DNA of 64,000 bases from Dehalococcoides mccartyi (GTDB lineage Bacteria > Chloroflexota > Dehalococcoidia > GIF9 > DYGU01): positions 35,100 to 99,099 of the forward strand of contig DYGU01000004.1 in the NCBI GenBank assembly GCA_020724525.1, written 5' to 3'. The notes below the pieces were generated by a model. The model had not been told where the DNA came from, searched no databases, and was given only the letters and a program-made list of their open reading frames with translations. The translations under genes and the position numbers were made by a program. Positions 40,797-49,997 of the stretch are shown here, piece by piece (the first letter of the stretch is position 1; each line of letters opens with the position of its first letter).

Positions 40797-42603
40797 GCAA
40801 TGCACTGTTTTAGTTTGCCAGGGGACAGGCTGTATTTCAGGGGGGGCCGAACCAATTTACTCTTCACTGGAAGGAGAGATAGCCAAGCCCGATCTGAGGG
40901 AAAACGTTCATCTCAAGCGTACTGGCTGTCATGGCTTTTGCCAACAAGGTCCTCTTGTCATTGTTGAGCCGGAAGGCTTTTTTTATTCAAAAGTTAAACC
41001 AGATGATGTACACGAAATTGTTCAATCACTTTTACCGGAAAGAAAGGTTGTAAAACGCCTCTTATACCGCGACCCTATTACCAATAAGCGTATACCTTAT
41101 TATCGTGATATCCCTTTCTATAGTAAACAACAACGCACGGTGCTTAGAAATTGTGGCAAAATCAACCCCGAGGATATTAATGACTATCTTGCTTCGAATG
41201 GCTATCAGGCGCTGCGGAAGGCTCTTTTTGAGCTCACCTCGGAGCAAATTATTGAGGAGGTGAAACACTCCGGACTTCGGGGACTGGGGGGAGCGGGCTT
41301 CCCTGCTGGACAGAAGTGGGAAGCCTGCCGTAGAGCGCCTGGTGAGGTAAAGTATGTGATCTGCAACGCTGATGAAGGTGACCCCGGGGCATTTCAGGAC
41401 CGCTCAGTTTTAGAGGGAGACCCTCATTCAGTTTTGGAGGGGATGATAATCGCTGGGTATGCTGTTGGTGCAAAACAGGGCTTTGTCTACGTGCGTGCCG
41501 AATATCCACTGGCGGTGAAGCGCCTTTACATTGCCACCGCCCAAGCGAGGGAAAGGGGATTTCTGGGCCGGAATATTTTGGGGAGCGGATTTGTTTTTGA
41601 TATAGAGATCTTCCAGGGAGCCGGAGCCTTCGTTTGTGGCGAGTCTACAGCGCTAGTCCTTTCCATTGAAGGCAAAAGGGGGATGCCGAAGTCTCTCCCT
41701 CGTCCCAGAACTACCGAGGTAGGGTTATGGGGTAAGCCAACTTTGCTTAATAATGTAAAGACCTTCGCCAATATCCCTCTGATTATTATTCATGGTTCAG
41801 AGTGGTTTGCCTCCAGAGGCACTGAGCGGAGTAAAGGCACGGCTATTTACTCACTGACGGGCAAGGTGGCAAACTGCGGTCTGATAGAAGTGCCTATGGG
41901 AATTAAGCTTCGAGAAATTGTCTATGGTATTGGAGGAGGACCTCCGGGAGGGAAGGCTTTCAAGGCGGTCCAAACCGGCGGACCCTCAGGTGGTTGTCTT
42001 CCGGCAGAGCTTTTGGATATGCCGATCGATTTTGACTCACTTACTGCCGCCGGCTCGATGATGGGCTCGGGAGGCGTAGTGGTGGTGGATGAAGATACCT
42101 GCATGGTTGATGTAGCCCGCTATTTTCTTGACTTCACCCAAAAAGAATCCTGCGGTCAATGTTTGCCATGTAGACTCGGCACGTACCAGATGCTTCAAAT
42201 ATTGGAAAGGATTACAAGGGGGGAGGGGGTACCCGGCGACATAGAGAGACTTGAGTGGATTGGACGGAGGGTCAAGGAGTATTCTCTTTGTGGACTTGGA
42301 ACGACTGCGCCAAATCCTGTGCTTAGTACTATTAAATATTTTCGTGAGGAATATGAAGAGCATATTTATAATAAATACTGCCGGGCAAAGGTCTGCGCCT
42401 TAGGCATGTTCCGGATTGAACCGGATGAATGTGTTCTCTGTGGCCTTTGCCAAGGGGTATGTGAAACTGGGGCGGTAAAGGAAATCAGGAATAAGTTTTT
42501 TATAGTCCAGGATTACTGCAACAAATGCAAGTCCTGCTATACTATCTGTCCTGTTGGGGCAGTAAGGGTGGAGAAATACTTACCTAAAGAGGTGACAAAG
42601 TGA
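40786..42603 (+). CDS. NuoF/HymB-like flavoprotein: N-terminal [2Fe-2S] domain, FMN/NAD(P)H domains, an N3-type [4Fe-4S], and two C-terminal ferredoxin motifs.
   Basis: GGAGFPAGQKWE and CNADEGDPGAF (FMN/NADH site); ESCGQCLPCRLGT-x39-C; C-terminal CVLCGLCQGVCETGAV and CNKCKSCYTICPVGAV. Confidence 0.85.
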   Translation: MSNRQCTVLVCQGTGCISGGAEPIYSSLEGEIAKPDLRENVHLKRTGCHGFCQQGPLVIVEPEGFFYSKVKPDDVHEIVQSLLPERKVVKRLLYRDPITNKRIPYYRDIPFYSKQQRTVLRNCGKINPEDINDYLASNGYQALRKALFELTSEQIIEEVKHSGLRGLGGAGFPAGQKWEACRRAPGEVKYVICNADEGDPGAFQDRSVLEGDPHSVLEGMIIAGYAVGAKQGFVYVRAEYPLAVKRLYIATAQARERGFLGRNILGSGFVFDIEIFQGAGAFVCGESTALVLSIEGKRGMPKSLPRPRTTEVGLWGKPTLLNNVKTFANIPLIIIHGSEWFASRGTERSKGTAIYSLTGKVANCGLIEVPMGIKLREIVYGIGGGPPGGKAFKAVQTGGPSGGCLPAELLDMPIDFDSLTAAGSMMGSGGVVVVDEDTCMVDVARYFLDFTQKESCGQCLPCRLGTYQMLQILERITRGEGVPGDIERLEWIGRRVKEYSLCGLGTTAPNPVLSTIKYFREEYEEHIYNKYCRAKVCALGMFRIEPDECVLCGLCQGVCETGAVKEIRNKFFIVQDYCNKCKSCYTICPVGAVRVEKYLPKEVTK

Positions 42604-43445
42604 TAAGGATGGAGGATGTAAAGGCAAAGGCAGAGGAGAGAAGGTGTCCACTGCAGAAAGCAATTGTCTTCATAGAGGAGTTTTTAAATGAACCACTGTG
42701 TGGAGAATGTCTTCCGTGCACACTTGGGAGTCAGGAACTTAAGATAAGGTTACAGAAGATTGCCGACGGTAAAGGAACTCAATTAGATATCGATGCTATA
42801 GATAAAATTACCGGACATATGCTTGAGATATCAAGATGTAGGAAAGGTATGGATACAGCGAGATTCATAATAGACTCTACAAAGGAAGGCTCATTTAAAG
42901 GACATCTTGAGGGGGTGTGTAATGAAAAAGAATGCCTGTCACTTATTATGTACCGGATTATACCTGAGAAGTGCGTAATGTGCGGCACTTGTCAAGATAT
43001 TTGTAAAGAGAATGCAATAATCGGGGAAAAGAAAAAGCCTTTAAGCTACCAGCCTATTCAGATAAATGCCAGGAAATGCAGAAGTGAAAGGGGTTGTAAT
43101 GAGTGCGTAAGAGTATGTCCTACAGGAGCAATAGAGGTGATAGAGGTAGAAGGTAGGTACTTGCCTTTTGAGATAAGTCAGAAGAGATGTACAAGATGTG
43201 ATGAATGTATAAAGGTGTGTCCTGTTTCAGGAGCAATAGGGGTAATAGAGATAGCTGGTTTAAGGGTAGTACCAATTGACTGGTTAGATATTTCAAAAGC
43301 AATAGGGGTAGCAGATATAGGCTTCCGACCTTTTGAGATAGTTCAGAAGAGATGCACCACCAAATGTGGTGAGTGTATAAAGGGATGTCCCTCAGGAGCA
43401 ATAGAGGTGGTAGATATAAAAGAGCAAGTAGCAGTTGGCAGTTAG
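42600..43445 (+). CDS. Polyferredoxin with an N-terminal NuoF-C-terminal-like [4Fe-4S] module and tandemly repeated [4Fe-4S] motifs.
   Basis: CGECLPCTLGS-x39-C reproduces the NuoF N3 cluster spacing. It is followed by CVMCGTCQDICKENA and a series of CxRCDECIKVCP / CTTKCGECIKGCP units. The 3' third contains an about 130 bp tandem DNA duplication (43140-43400). AT-rich, with AGA/ATA-biased codon usage. Confidence 0.7.
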   Translation: MIRMEDVKAKAEERRCPLQKAIVFIEEFLNEPLCGECLPCTLGSQELKIRLQKIADGKGTQLDIDAIDKITGHMLEISRCRKGMDTARFIIDSTKEGSFKGHLEGVCNEKECLSLIMYRIIPEKCVMCGTCQDICKENAIIGEKKKPLSYQPIQINARKCRSERGCNECVRVCPTGAIEVIEVEGRYLPFEISQKRCTRCDECIKVCPVSGAIGVIEIAGLRVVPIDWLDISKAIGVADIGFRPFEIVQKRCTTKCGECIKGCPSGAIEVVDIKEQVAVGS

Positions 43446-43468
43446 AACAAAAAGGATAAGGAGAGAAA

Positions 43469-45511
43469 ATGGCAGATTTGGTAACAGTAAAGATAGACGG
43501 CCGGCAAGTTAGTGTCCCGCCAGGGACTAATCTGATTGATGCCGCTGAGATAGCTGGCATTCATATACCAAACCTTTGTTATCTTAAGGGTATGAGGGGA
43601 GTAGGCGCATGCCGGCTCTGCCTTGTTGAGGTGGCGGGGGCAGAAAGGCTAATGGTAGCCTGCATGACAAGGGTTAGGGAAGGGATGAGTGTAATTACAA
43701 ATTCAGAGCGCGTGCTCGACGGCCGAAGATTTGTGATTGACATTATTATTTCTATGCATCCTCTTGATTGTATGACATGCACAAAGAGCGGTGTCTGCAA
43801 ACTCCAAAAATACGCTTATGATTTTGGGTTGAAGGAGTCGAGCTTTACCAGGAAGAGATTTGACTACCCAACTGATGAGGCAAATCCATTCATAAAGCGT
43901 GACCCTGATTACTGTATACTCTGTGGACGCTGTGTGCGAATGTGTAAGGCACAGGGCACCAGTGTGCTTGACTTTATGAGAAGGGGTATTAGTACAAAGG
44001 TTACTACAACCCGAGACAGACCACTTCACGAGTCAGGATGCACATTTTGTGGCAGCTGTGTTGATGTCTGTCCTACCAATGCCTTTGTCGAAGCCGGCAG
44101 ATGGGGAAAGGGTAGGGAGTGGGAATATGAGGATATAAGTTCTGTATGCCTTTACTGTGGTAACAGCTGTGATATAAATGTGAGCCGAAAAGACAACGAG
44201 ATCATAAAGATTAGTAGTAATGCCCCTGAGGACTCGGTTGAACACTATTTATGCGCTATCGGCAGATTTGGTTTTGACTATATCCACTCTCATACCAAGG
44301 TGATGTCTCCTATGAAAAGAGTAGATGGTAAACTTCAGGCGACAACATGGGAAGAGGCACTTGATATTGTTGCCGCTAAACTCAAAGATGCCGGCATGGA
44401 TGCCGGATTTGTCAGCACGGCAGACATCCTTAATGAAGATGCTTTAGTGTTAAGGAGATTTGCTAAGGATGTTGTTAAGACAAAAAACTTTGATACAACT
44501 GTAAGCCTTTATGCCGAAGCTGACTCTATGAGGCTTTCGGGTGTGGCTAATATGGATAAAGCAGACCTTATAGTAGTTGTTGGACTTAACCCATCTCAGT
44601 GGGAGAGGGTTCTTCCTGCCCTTGATGCCTCAATAAGAAAAAAGCTTGACAGGGGTGCAAAACTTATTGTCATAAATTCGGCTGAGACACGGCTTTCATC
44701 TGTAGCCGATATAACCCTCAGGGGAGAGGAGGTATCTAATCTCAAGGCAATTGTAAAGGCATTGATAGACAGGGGTTTTAAGGCTGACAAAGAAATAGAG
44801 GATGCCGTTTCAGGGGCAAAAATTTCCGAAGATATTGAAAATGCTGCAAAATTATATGCTGAGTCAAAGAGCCCATTAATCCTGGTAGCGCCATCCCTTT
44901 ATAATGCCTCAGCCAATATTGGACTTCTTAGTTCCTCCTCCCCACTCACTACCTCGTTGGTTGCAGTTCCAGCAGAGAGCAATGCCAGAGGTGTTGTTCT
45001 TATGGGGCTGACGACAAAAAACAAAACATACAGAGATATGATTTCAGGTGATATAAAGTTGCTATATGTACTCGGTGAGATACCTTTAGCGGAAAGACCA
45101 AATGTTGATTTCCTTATAGCACAGAGTTCACACTTTACCGAACTTTCAAAGCAAGCTGATATAGTCCTTCCAGCGTCAGCTGCCCTTGAGGCAGAGGGCA
45201 GTATTGTGGACTATCTTGGCAGACTGAAATATCTACGTAAAGCAGTTGCGCCGGCAGGCGAGGCTAAATTACATCGGGAGATATTTATGGAGCTTTCCAA
45301 GATAATGGGTTGTCCAATCGAGGTACCAAAAGAGACAGAGATTAAAGAGTCTTTAAGGATAGAGGTAAAACCCTCATTTAGTCCCTTTAAGAAAAAAGAG
45401 GGACTTGATTTTGGCTTTTACGAGATGATTGAACTAATAAATGCCTCAGTGATTGGTAGTTCAAGGTTATTGTGGCTTAAAGAGGCTAAGATACTTCAAA
45501 AGGTCAAATGA
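43469..45511 (+). CDS. NuoG / formate-dehydrogenase-alpha-like Fe-S subunit (680 aa). It lacks a full molybdopterin C-terminal domain.
   Basis: N-terminal plant-type [2Fe-2S] (CYLKGMRGVGACRLCLV...C), a His-ligated cluster HPLDCMTCTKSGVC, CILCGRCVRMC, CTFCGSCVDVCP, then a MopB-type CLYCGNSCD and a truncated molybdopterin-oxidoreductase-like region. Same AT-rich, AGA/ATA codon bias as the preceding gene. Confidence 0.7.
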   Translation: MADLVTVKIDGRQVSVPPGTNLIDAAEIAGIHIPNLCYLKGMRGVGACRLCLVEVAGAERLMVACMTRVREGMSVITNSERVLDGRRFVIDIIISMHPLDCMTCTKSGVCKLQKYAYDFGLKESSFTRKRFDYPTDEANPFIKRDPDYCILCGRCVRMCKAQGTSVLDFMRRGISTKVTTTRDRPLHESGCTFCGSCVDVCPTNAFVEAGRWGKGREWEYEDISSVCLYCGNSCDINVSRKDNEIIKISSNAPEDSVEHYLCAIGRFGFDYIHSHTKVMSPMKRVDGKLQATTWEEALDIVAAKLKDAGMDAGFVSTADILNEDALVLRRFAKDVVKTKNFDTTVSLYAEADSMRLSGVANMDKADLIVVVGLNPSQWERVLPALDASIRKKLDRGAKLIVINSAETRLSSVADITLRGEEVSNLKAIVKALIDRGFKADKEIEDAVSGAKISEDIENAAKLYAESKSPLILVAPSLYNASANIGLLSSSSPLTTSLVAVPAESNARGVVLMGLTTKNKTYRDMISGDIKLLYVLGEIPLAERPNVDFLIAQSSHFTELSKQADIVLPASAALEAEGSIVDYLGRLKYLRKAVAPAGEAKLHREIFMELSKIMGCPIEVPKETEIKESLRIEVKPSFSPFKKKEGLDFGFYEMIELINASVIGSSRLLWLKEAKILQKVK

Positions 45512-45681
45512 TACTGGTGGGGTTCCTAATAGGAGTATCCAACAGGATGCCACAAGAGTTTAGGTGGATTCTTATTGATGATGCTATCCAGGTATGGTCA
45601 ATTGGCTTGGATGGGGAGAGAAGCTTAAATAAGGGATAAATGCTTAGTATTGTTGACCTTGTCAAAGATAGCATGACACAC

Positions 45682-45817
45682 ATGCCTATAATTGCTGACC
45701 TGGGCGGGAATGCTGGAAAGCCAAAGAAGCCTTCTTTTAGTCGGGGCTAACATTTTAGTATTACGGCACCCAGATAACTACAAACTAATTAAGGAAGTGA
45801 TTCAGCAGAAATTTGAT
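45682..45817 (+). pseudogene. Vestigial duplicate of the acsD 3' end (non-coding remnant) immediately upstream of cdhA.
   Basis: CATGCCTATAATTGCTGACCTGGG...CCAAAGAAGC...CTAATTAAGGAAGTGATT...AAATTTGAT matches acsD 40046-40237 (ATGCCTATAATCGCCGACCTGGG...CTTAAGTTAATTAAGGAAGTAATTACGGGGAAAATTTGA). It carries an internal deletion and stop codons. Confidence 0.6.
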
Positions 45818-45854
45818 AAAAAATGAGAATGAATTGCTATAAGAATAAGATTAA

Positions 45855-48182
45855 ATGCCAGAGGAGGTATATAACGTGGTAGTAATAGTTAAGAAAAAGA
45901 CAAGGAAAGACGAGAAACTGGAAATTATACGAGCCGAGGACTTATGGGAACCAGTAGGCCCGACGCCAATGCCGGACCTTGCTGATTTGAGAAACTGGGA
46001 CATGAGACTGCTCAAAACCTATAAGCCTTTTTATGCCCCCTTCTGCGACTTATGCTGCTTTTGTACCTATGGCAAATGCGACCTTACTGGTGAACAAGGG
46101 GGTGCCTGTGGCATTGATATGCCCACTCAGCAAGGAAGGATAGTTCTTCTGGCTTGCTGTGGGGGGGTTGCGGCTCATGGTGCTCATGGCAGGCATATTA
46201 TTGACTATTTGATTGAGAAATATGGAGAAGATTATAAAATTGACCTGGGAACACAGGTAGCTGTAGAAGCACCAATAATCAGGACTGTTCTTGGTCTTAA
46301 ACCAGAGACTCTGGGAGATTTAAAGAAAGCTATAGAGTATGTGGAACGAGGGCTCATTCATCTTGTTTCCTCACTACACACCGGTCAGGAGGGGAGTGAT
46401 TTAGATTACGAATCAAAAGCTCTCCACGCCGGGATGCTTGACCATGTCGCCCTGGAGGTTACTGATATTGCCCAGATTGTCGGCTTCAGCTTTCCCACAT
46501 CTATTGCTGATACTCCTTTGGTGGATTTCGGTTGGGGAGTAGTAGACAAAACTAAGCCGGTAATTTTATGTATTGGGCATAATCCAGCTACAGCCACTTC
46601 CATTATTGATTACTTGAACCAGAACAATTTGCAAGATGAAGTTGAGGTCTGTGGAATATGTTGCACTGCCCTTGAGGTAACCAGATATTCAAAAGCAGCC
46701 AAAGTTATCGGTCCTCTATCCCGGCAGCTTTTCTTTGTGAGGAGCGGTGTGGCTGATGTCATTGTTACTGAGGAACAGTGTATAAGAGCTGATACTTCCC
46801 TTGAAGCCAAGAAGGCAGGTTCGGCTCTAATTGCTGCCTCGGACAAAGCTTGTTACGGACTTGATAATGTCACTGAAAAGGAAGCCGATGAGATTGTTAA
46901 GGAGATGGTGGAGGTAGGAAAGCAAGTATTGATACTTGTCCCGGAGAAGGCAGCTGAGGTGGCGGTAAAGGTAGCTATAAAAATTGCTCGACAAAGGGAA
47001 AAAGAACTTATTGAGGCATCTCAGGTTCCTGAACTTGTCCAGGAATGTCATAATTGCCGTATTTGTGACCGGAACTGCCCTAACCTTTTGCCTGTAGGTG
47101 AAGCGGTGGAGCAAGCTGGTAAAGGCAACTTGGAAAAGTTAATTGAGGTGTTTAATAAGTGCCTTGGCTGTGGCAAGTGTGAGCAAGACTGCCCTCGTAA
47201 TATTCCTATTTTAAAGCTGATGCAGGCGGTTGCCAGCGGGGAAACTTTTAAGCTCAGGAGCGGGCGTGGACCCATCCATGATGTGGAAATAAGAAAGGTT
47301 GGCGCCCCTATTGTCTTAGGGACTATACCTGGAGTTGTTGCCTTTGTTGGTTGCTCTAACTTCCCTGAGGAAATAGATGAAGTGGCTGAGATGATGGAGG
47401 AGTTTGCCCGGAGGAAGTATATTGTAGTAGCTTCAGGCTGCGCTGCCATGGCGGCGGCGACGAAGAAAGATGCCGAAGGAAAAACTATTTATGAGAAGTA
47501 CCCCCCCGATTTCGATGCTGGCGGTGTTTTGAATGTGGGCTCCTGTGTGGCTAATTCTCATATTGCAGGAGCGGCTATAAAAATAGCCAACATTTTTGCC
47601 GCTCTGCCATTGAGAGCTAATTACGAGGTCATTGCTGACTATATTCTTAACCGGGTTGGGGCTTGTGGGGTTGCCTGGGGGGCTTATTCCTGGAAAGCAG
47701 CGGCAATTGCCACCGGCTGTAATAGATGGGGAATTCCAGTAGTTGTTGGTCCTCACTCTTCCAAATACCGGAGGCTCTATCTCAGTCGGAAAGAGGAAGA
47801 TGACTGGACAGTGATGGATGGCAGGACAAGGCAGTTAGTGGATACTCAGGAGCCATCTCCAGAGCATTTAATCAATGTAGTTGAGTCTAAAGAACGAGCT
47901 ATAGTCACTATAGCCAAGCTATGCATCCGGAAAAATGATACCCCTCAGGGGAGGCAGATAAAGCTTAACCATTACATTGCTCTTCATAAGCAATATCTGG
48001 GAACTCTACCCGATGATCTTCACCTCTTTATCCGACGAACTACTGACATTCCCATTTTCTTCAAAAAGGAGGTTATGGAATATCTCCAAAAAGTTGGCTG
48101 GAAAGAAAAGCCAGTATTGACTTTACCAACTCTGATCGGGACTTACCCTTCTAAGGTGCCTCTGGAGGCTGTTATCCATTAA
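45855..48182 (+). CDS. cdhA: CO dehydrogenase catalytic subunit, archaeal CdhA type (ACDS alpha).
   Basis: N-terminus GPTPMPDLADLRNWDMRLLKTYKPFYAPFCDLCCFCTYGKCDLTGEQGGACGIDM...AAHGAHGRHIIDYLIEKYGED closely follows archaeal CdhA. Mid-protein has two ferredoxin-type motifs (CHNCRICDRNCP, CLGCGKCEQDCP) characteristic of CdhA. Confidence 0.85.
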   Translation: MPEEVYNVVVIVKKKTRKDEKLEIIRAEDLWEPVGPTPMPDLADLRNWDMRLLKTYKPFYAPFCDLCCFCTYGKCDLTGEQGGACGIDMPTQQGRIVLLACCGGVAAHGAHGRHIIDYLIEKYGEDYKIDLGTQVAVEAPIIRTVLGLKPETLGDLKKAIEYVERGLIHLVSSLHTGQEGSDLDYESKALHAGMLDHVALEVTDIAQIVGFSFPTSIADTPLVDFGWGVVDKTKPVILCIGHNPATATSIIDYLNQNNLQDEVEVCGICCTALEVTRYSKAAKVIGPLSRQLFFVRSGVADVIVTEEQCIRADTSLEAKKAGSALIAASDKACYGLDNVTEKEADEIVKEMVEVGKQVLILVPEKAAEVAVKVAIKIARQREKELIEASQVPELVQECHNCRICDRNCPNLLPVGEAVEQAGKGNLEKLIEVFNKCLGCGKCEQDCPRNIPILKLMQAVASGETFKLRSGRGPIHDVEIRKVGAPIVLGTIPGVVAFVGCSNFPEEIDEVAEMMEEFARRKYIVVASGCAAMAAATKKDAEGKTIYEKYPPDFDAGGVLNVGSCVANSHIAGAAIKIANIFAALPLRANYEVIADYILNRVGACGVAWGAYSWKAAAIATGCNRWGIPVVVGPHSSKYRRLYLSRKEEDDWTVMDGRTRQLVDTQEPSPEHLINVVESKERAIVTIAKLCIRKNDTPQGRQIKLNHYIALHKQYLGTLPDDLHLFIRRTTDIPIFFKKEVMEYLQKVGWKEKPVLTLPTLIGTYPSKVPLEAVIH

Positions 48183-48199
48183 AAGGAGGTTTAAGTAAT

Positions 48200-48745
48200 A
48201 TGAGTATACCTTATCACTATGTCAATGTCCCTACTGGATTTAAGACCGCTCGCATTATAGAAGATGCCAGTGAATATGCCCACTTAATCAAAAGAGCCAG
48301 AAGACCCTTATTGCTCTTAGGACCGCTGACACTGAGGATATCCCTTAATGGCAGGCTACTTATGGAGTATGGTGTGGATATAGCTAAAGCAGCTAACATC
48401 CCGGTATGTGCCACTGCCCATACTAAGAAGAAATTGCTCGAACTAGGAGTAACTCCAGAAAGCACCTATGACATAATAGAAATCATTAATCATCTCAAGG
48501 ATAAGGAATGGCGAGGAGTTAAAAAAGAAGGTAATCACGACCTGGTGATGTTCCTGGGTTTCAGGACTGATTTAGGCCAGCAGGGACTGTCAACACTGAA
48601 GCATTTTGCTCCCCACCTCAGGACTATGACTTTATGTAAGTATTATTATCCCAATGCTGCTTACTCTCTTCCTAATCTAAAAGATGATAAATGGGGAGAA
48701 TTTCTGGAAAATCTAATAGCAAATCTAAAGGAAAAGGGGGTATAA
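48200..48745 (+). CDS. cdhB: ACDS epsilon subunit (CdhB).
   Basis: 181 aa. ARRPLLLLG and AANIPVCATA segments match CdhB (AKRPLLMVG, AANIPIAATG). It lies immediately after cdhA. Confidence 0.7.
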   Translation: MSIPYHYVNVPTGFKTARIIEDASEYAHLIKRARRPLLLLGPLTLRISLNGRLLMEYGVDIAKAANIPVCATAHTKKKLLELGVTPESTYDIIEIINHLKDKEWRGVKKEGNHDLVMFLGFRTDLGQQGLSTLKHFAPHLRTMTLCKYYYPNAAYSLPNLKDDKWGEFLENLIANLKEKGV

Positions 48746-48748
48746 AAA

Positions 48749-49975
48749 ATGGCAGGAATGTTTCCAGTAGATGTTGGACCCCAGTATGAAGGGGAAGCCA
48801 TCAGAAAAGCTGATTTTTATGTAGAGTTCGGTGGACCTGATGTAAAAAGTAAATTTGAACTGGTAACCCTAAAGACCATGAATGAGGTAGAGCATGAAAA
48901 GATTGAGGTAGTTGGACCGGATATACCGGAACTGACGGAGGGAGGCAGCTATCCTTTAGGCATTCTTATTGATGTTGCCGGTTCTGAGATAGAAAAAGAA
49001 ATGGAGCCTGTTTTTGAAAGAAGGATACATCTTTATGCTAACTATATCGAAGGCTTCTGGCACATGGCGCAGAGGAATGATATTTGGATGAGATTACATA
49101 AAAACTCCTATAAAAAGGGGCTCAACTCCTTAAAGGAAATTGGTAAAATCCTTATTTTCCTTTATACCTCTGAGATACCTATTATTGAGAAAATTAGCAC
49201 CACCTTCATTACTGATGAAAAGAAAGTGGAGGAGTTTTTGCCTAAGGCTCTGGAGGTCTATAAAGCCAGGGATGAGCGGCTTAAGGGTATAAGAGAAGAG
49301 GATGTGGAGGAATTTTATAGCTGTTCCTTGTGTCAGAGTTTTGCCCCGACTCATATTTGTATTGCTACTCCAGAGAGAGTTGCCAATTGTGGAGCTATAA
49401 ACTGGTTTGATGGCAGAGCTGCCTATAAGCTTGACCCTGAGGGTCCGGTACAAGAAGTGAAAAAGGGTGAGTGCTTAGACCCGATACGGGGTGAGTATAG
49501 CGGCTGTAACGAACTGGCTGTGGTCAAGTCCTTGAGGTCTTATGACCGGGTTTACCTCCATAGTGCCTTTGAACATCCCCATACTTCCTGTGGTTGCTTT
49601 CAGGCTATCTGCTTTTATATTCCGGAAGCGGATGCCTTTGGCATTGTTCATCGGGACTTTGTTGGCAATACGGTAATGGATGTCCCCTTCTCTACTATGG
49701 CTGGTCAAACGAGTGGCGGCAGACAGGTGGAGGGCTCTTTAGGCATAGCGCTGGAGTATTTACGGTCACCAAAATTCCTCCAAGCTGATGGCGGTTTATA
49801 CCGTGTAGTTTGGATGCCAAAGGAAATAAAGGAAAGATATAAAGAGGCTACTCCCCAGGACTTGTATGATAAGATAGCTACTGAAGAGGATGTCACTAAT
49901 GCTGACGAGCTTGTGGACTTTCTTAAGCGGGTTGGGCATCCATGGGTGAAGGGTGAAGTGGAACTTCCTGTCTAA
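48749..49975 (+). CDS. cdhC: Acetyl-CoA synthase, short archaeal-type CdhC/AcsB (A-cluster subunit).
   Basis: 408 aa with the A-cluster ligands CSLCQSF...C and a SCGCF Ni-binding motif (HTSCGCFQAICFY). Confidence 0.85.
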   Translation: MAGMFPVDVGPQYEGEAIRKADFYVEFGGPDVKSKFELVTLKTMNEVEHEKIEVVGPDIPELTEGGSYPLGILIDVAGSEIEKEMEPVFERRIHLYANYIEGFWHMAQRNDIWMRLHKNSYKKGLNSLKEIGKILIFLYTSEIPIIEKISTTFITDEKKVEEFLPKALEVYKARDERLKGIREEDVEEFYSCSLCQSFAPTHICIATPERVANCGAINWFDGRAAYKLDPEGPVQEVKKGECLDPIRGEYSGCNELAVVKSLRSYDRVYLHSAFEHPHTSCGCFQAICFYIPEADAFGIVHRDFVGNTVMDVPFSTMAGQTSGGRQVEGSLGIALEYLRSPKFLQADGGLYRVVWMPKEIKERYKEATPQDLYDKIATEEDVTNADELVDFLKRVGHPWVKGEVELPV

Positions 49976-49997
49976 AGACTAAATTAGGAGGTTTGTC

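Noticed and set aside
41062-42363. Minus-strand ORFs antisense to the first nuoF-like gene
   Set aside because: They lie inside a conserved flavoprotein gene. Their products are Pro/Arg/His-rich nonsense, typical of the antisense frames of GC-rich codons.
43120-43560. 146 aa minus-strand ORF with LLPLLLLK repeats
   Set aside because: It is the antisense reflection of the tandem DNA repeat in the polyferredoxin gene, not a real protein.
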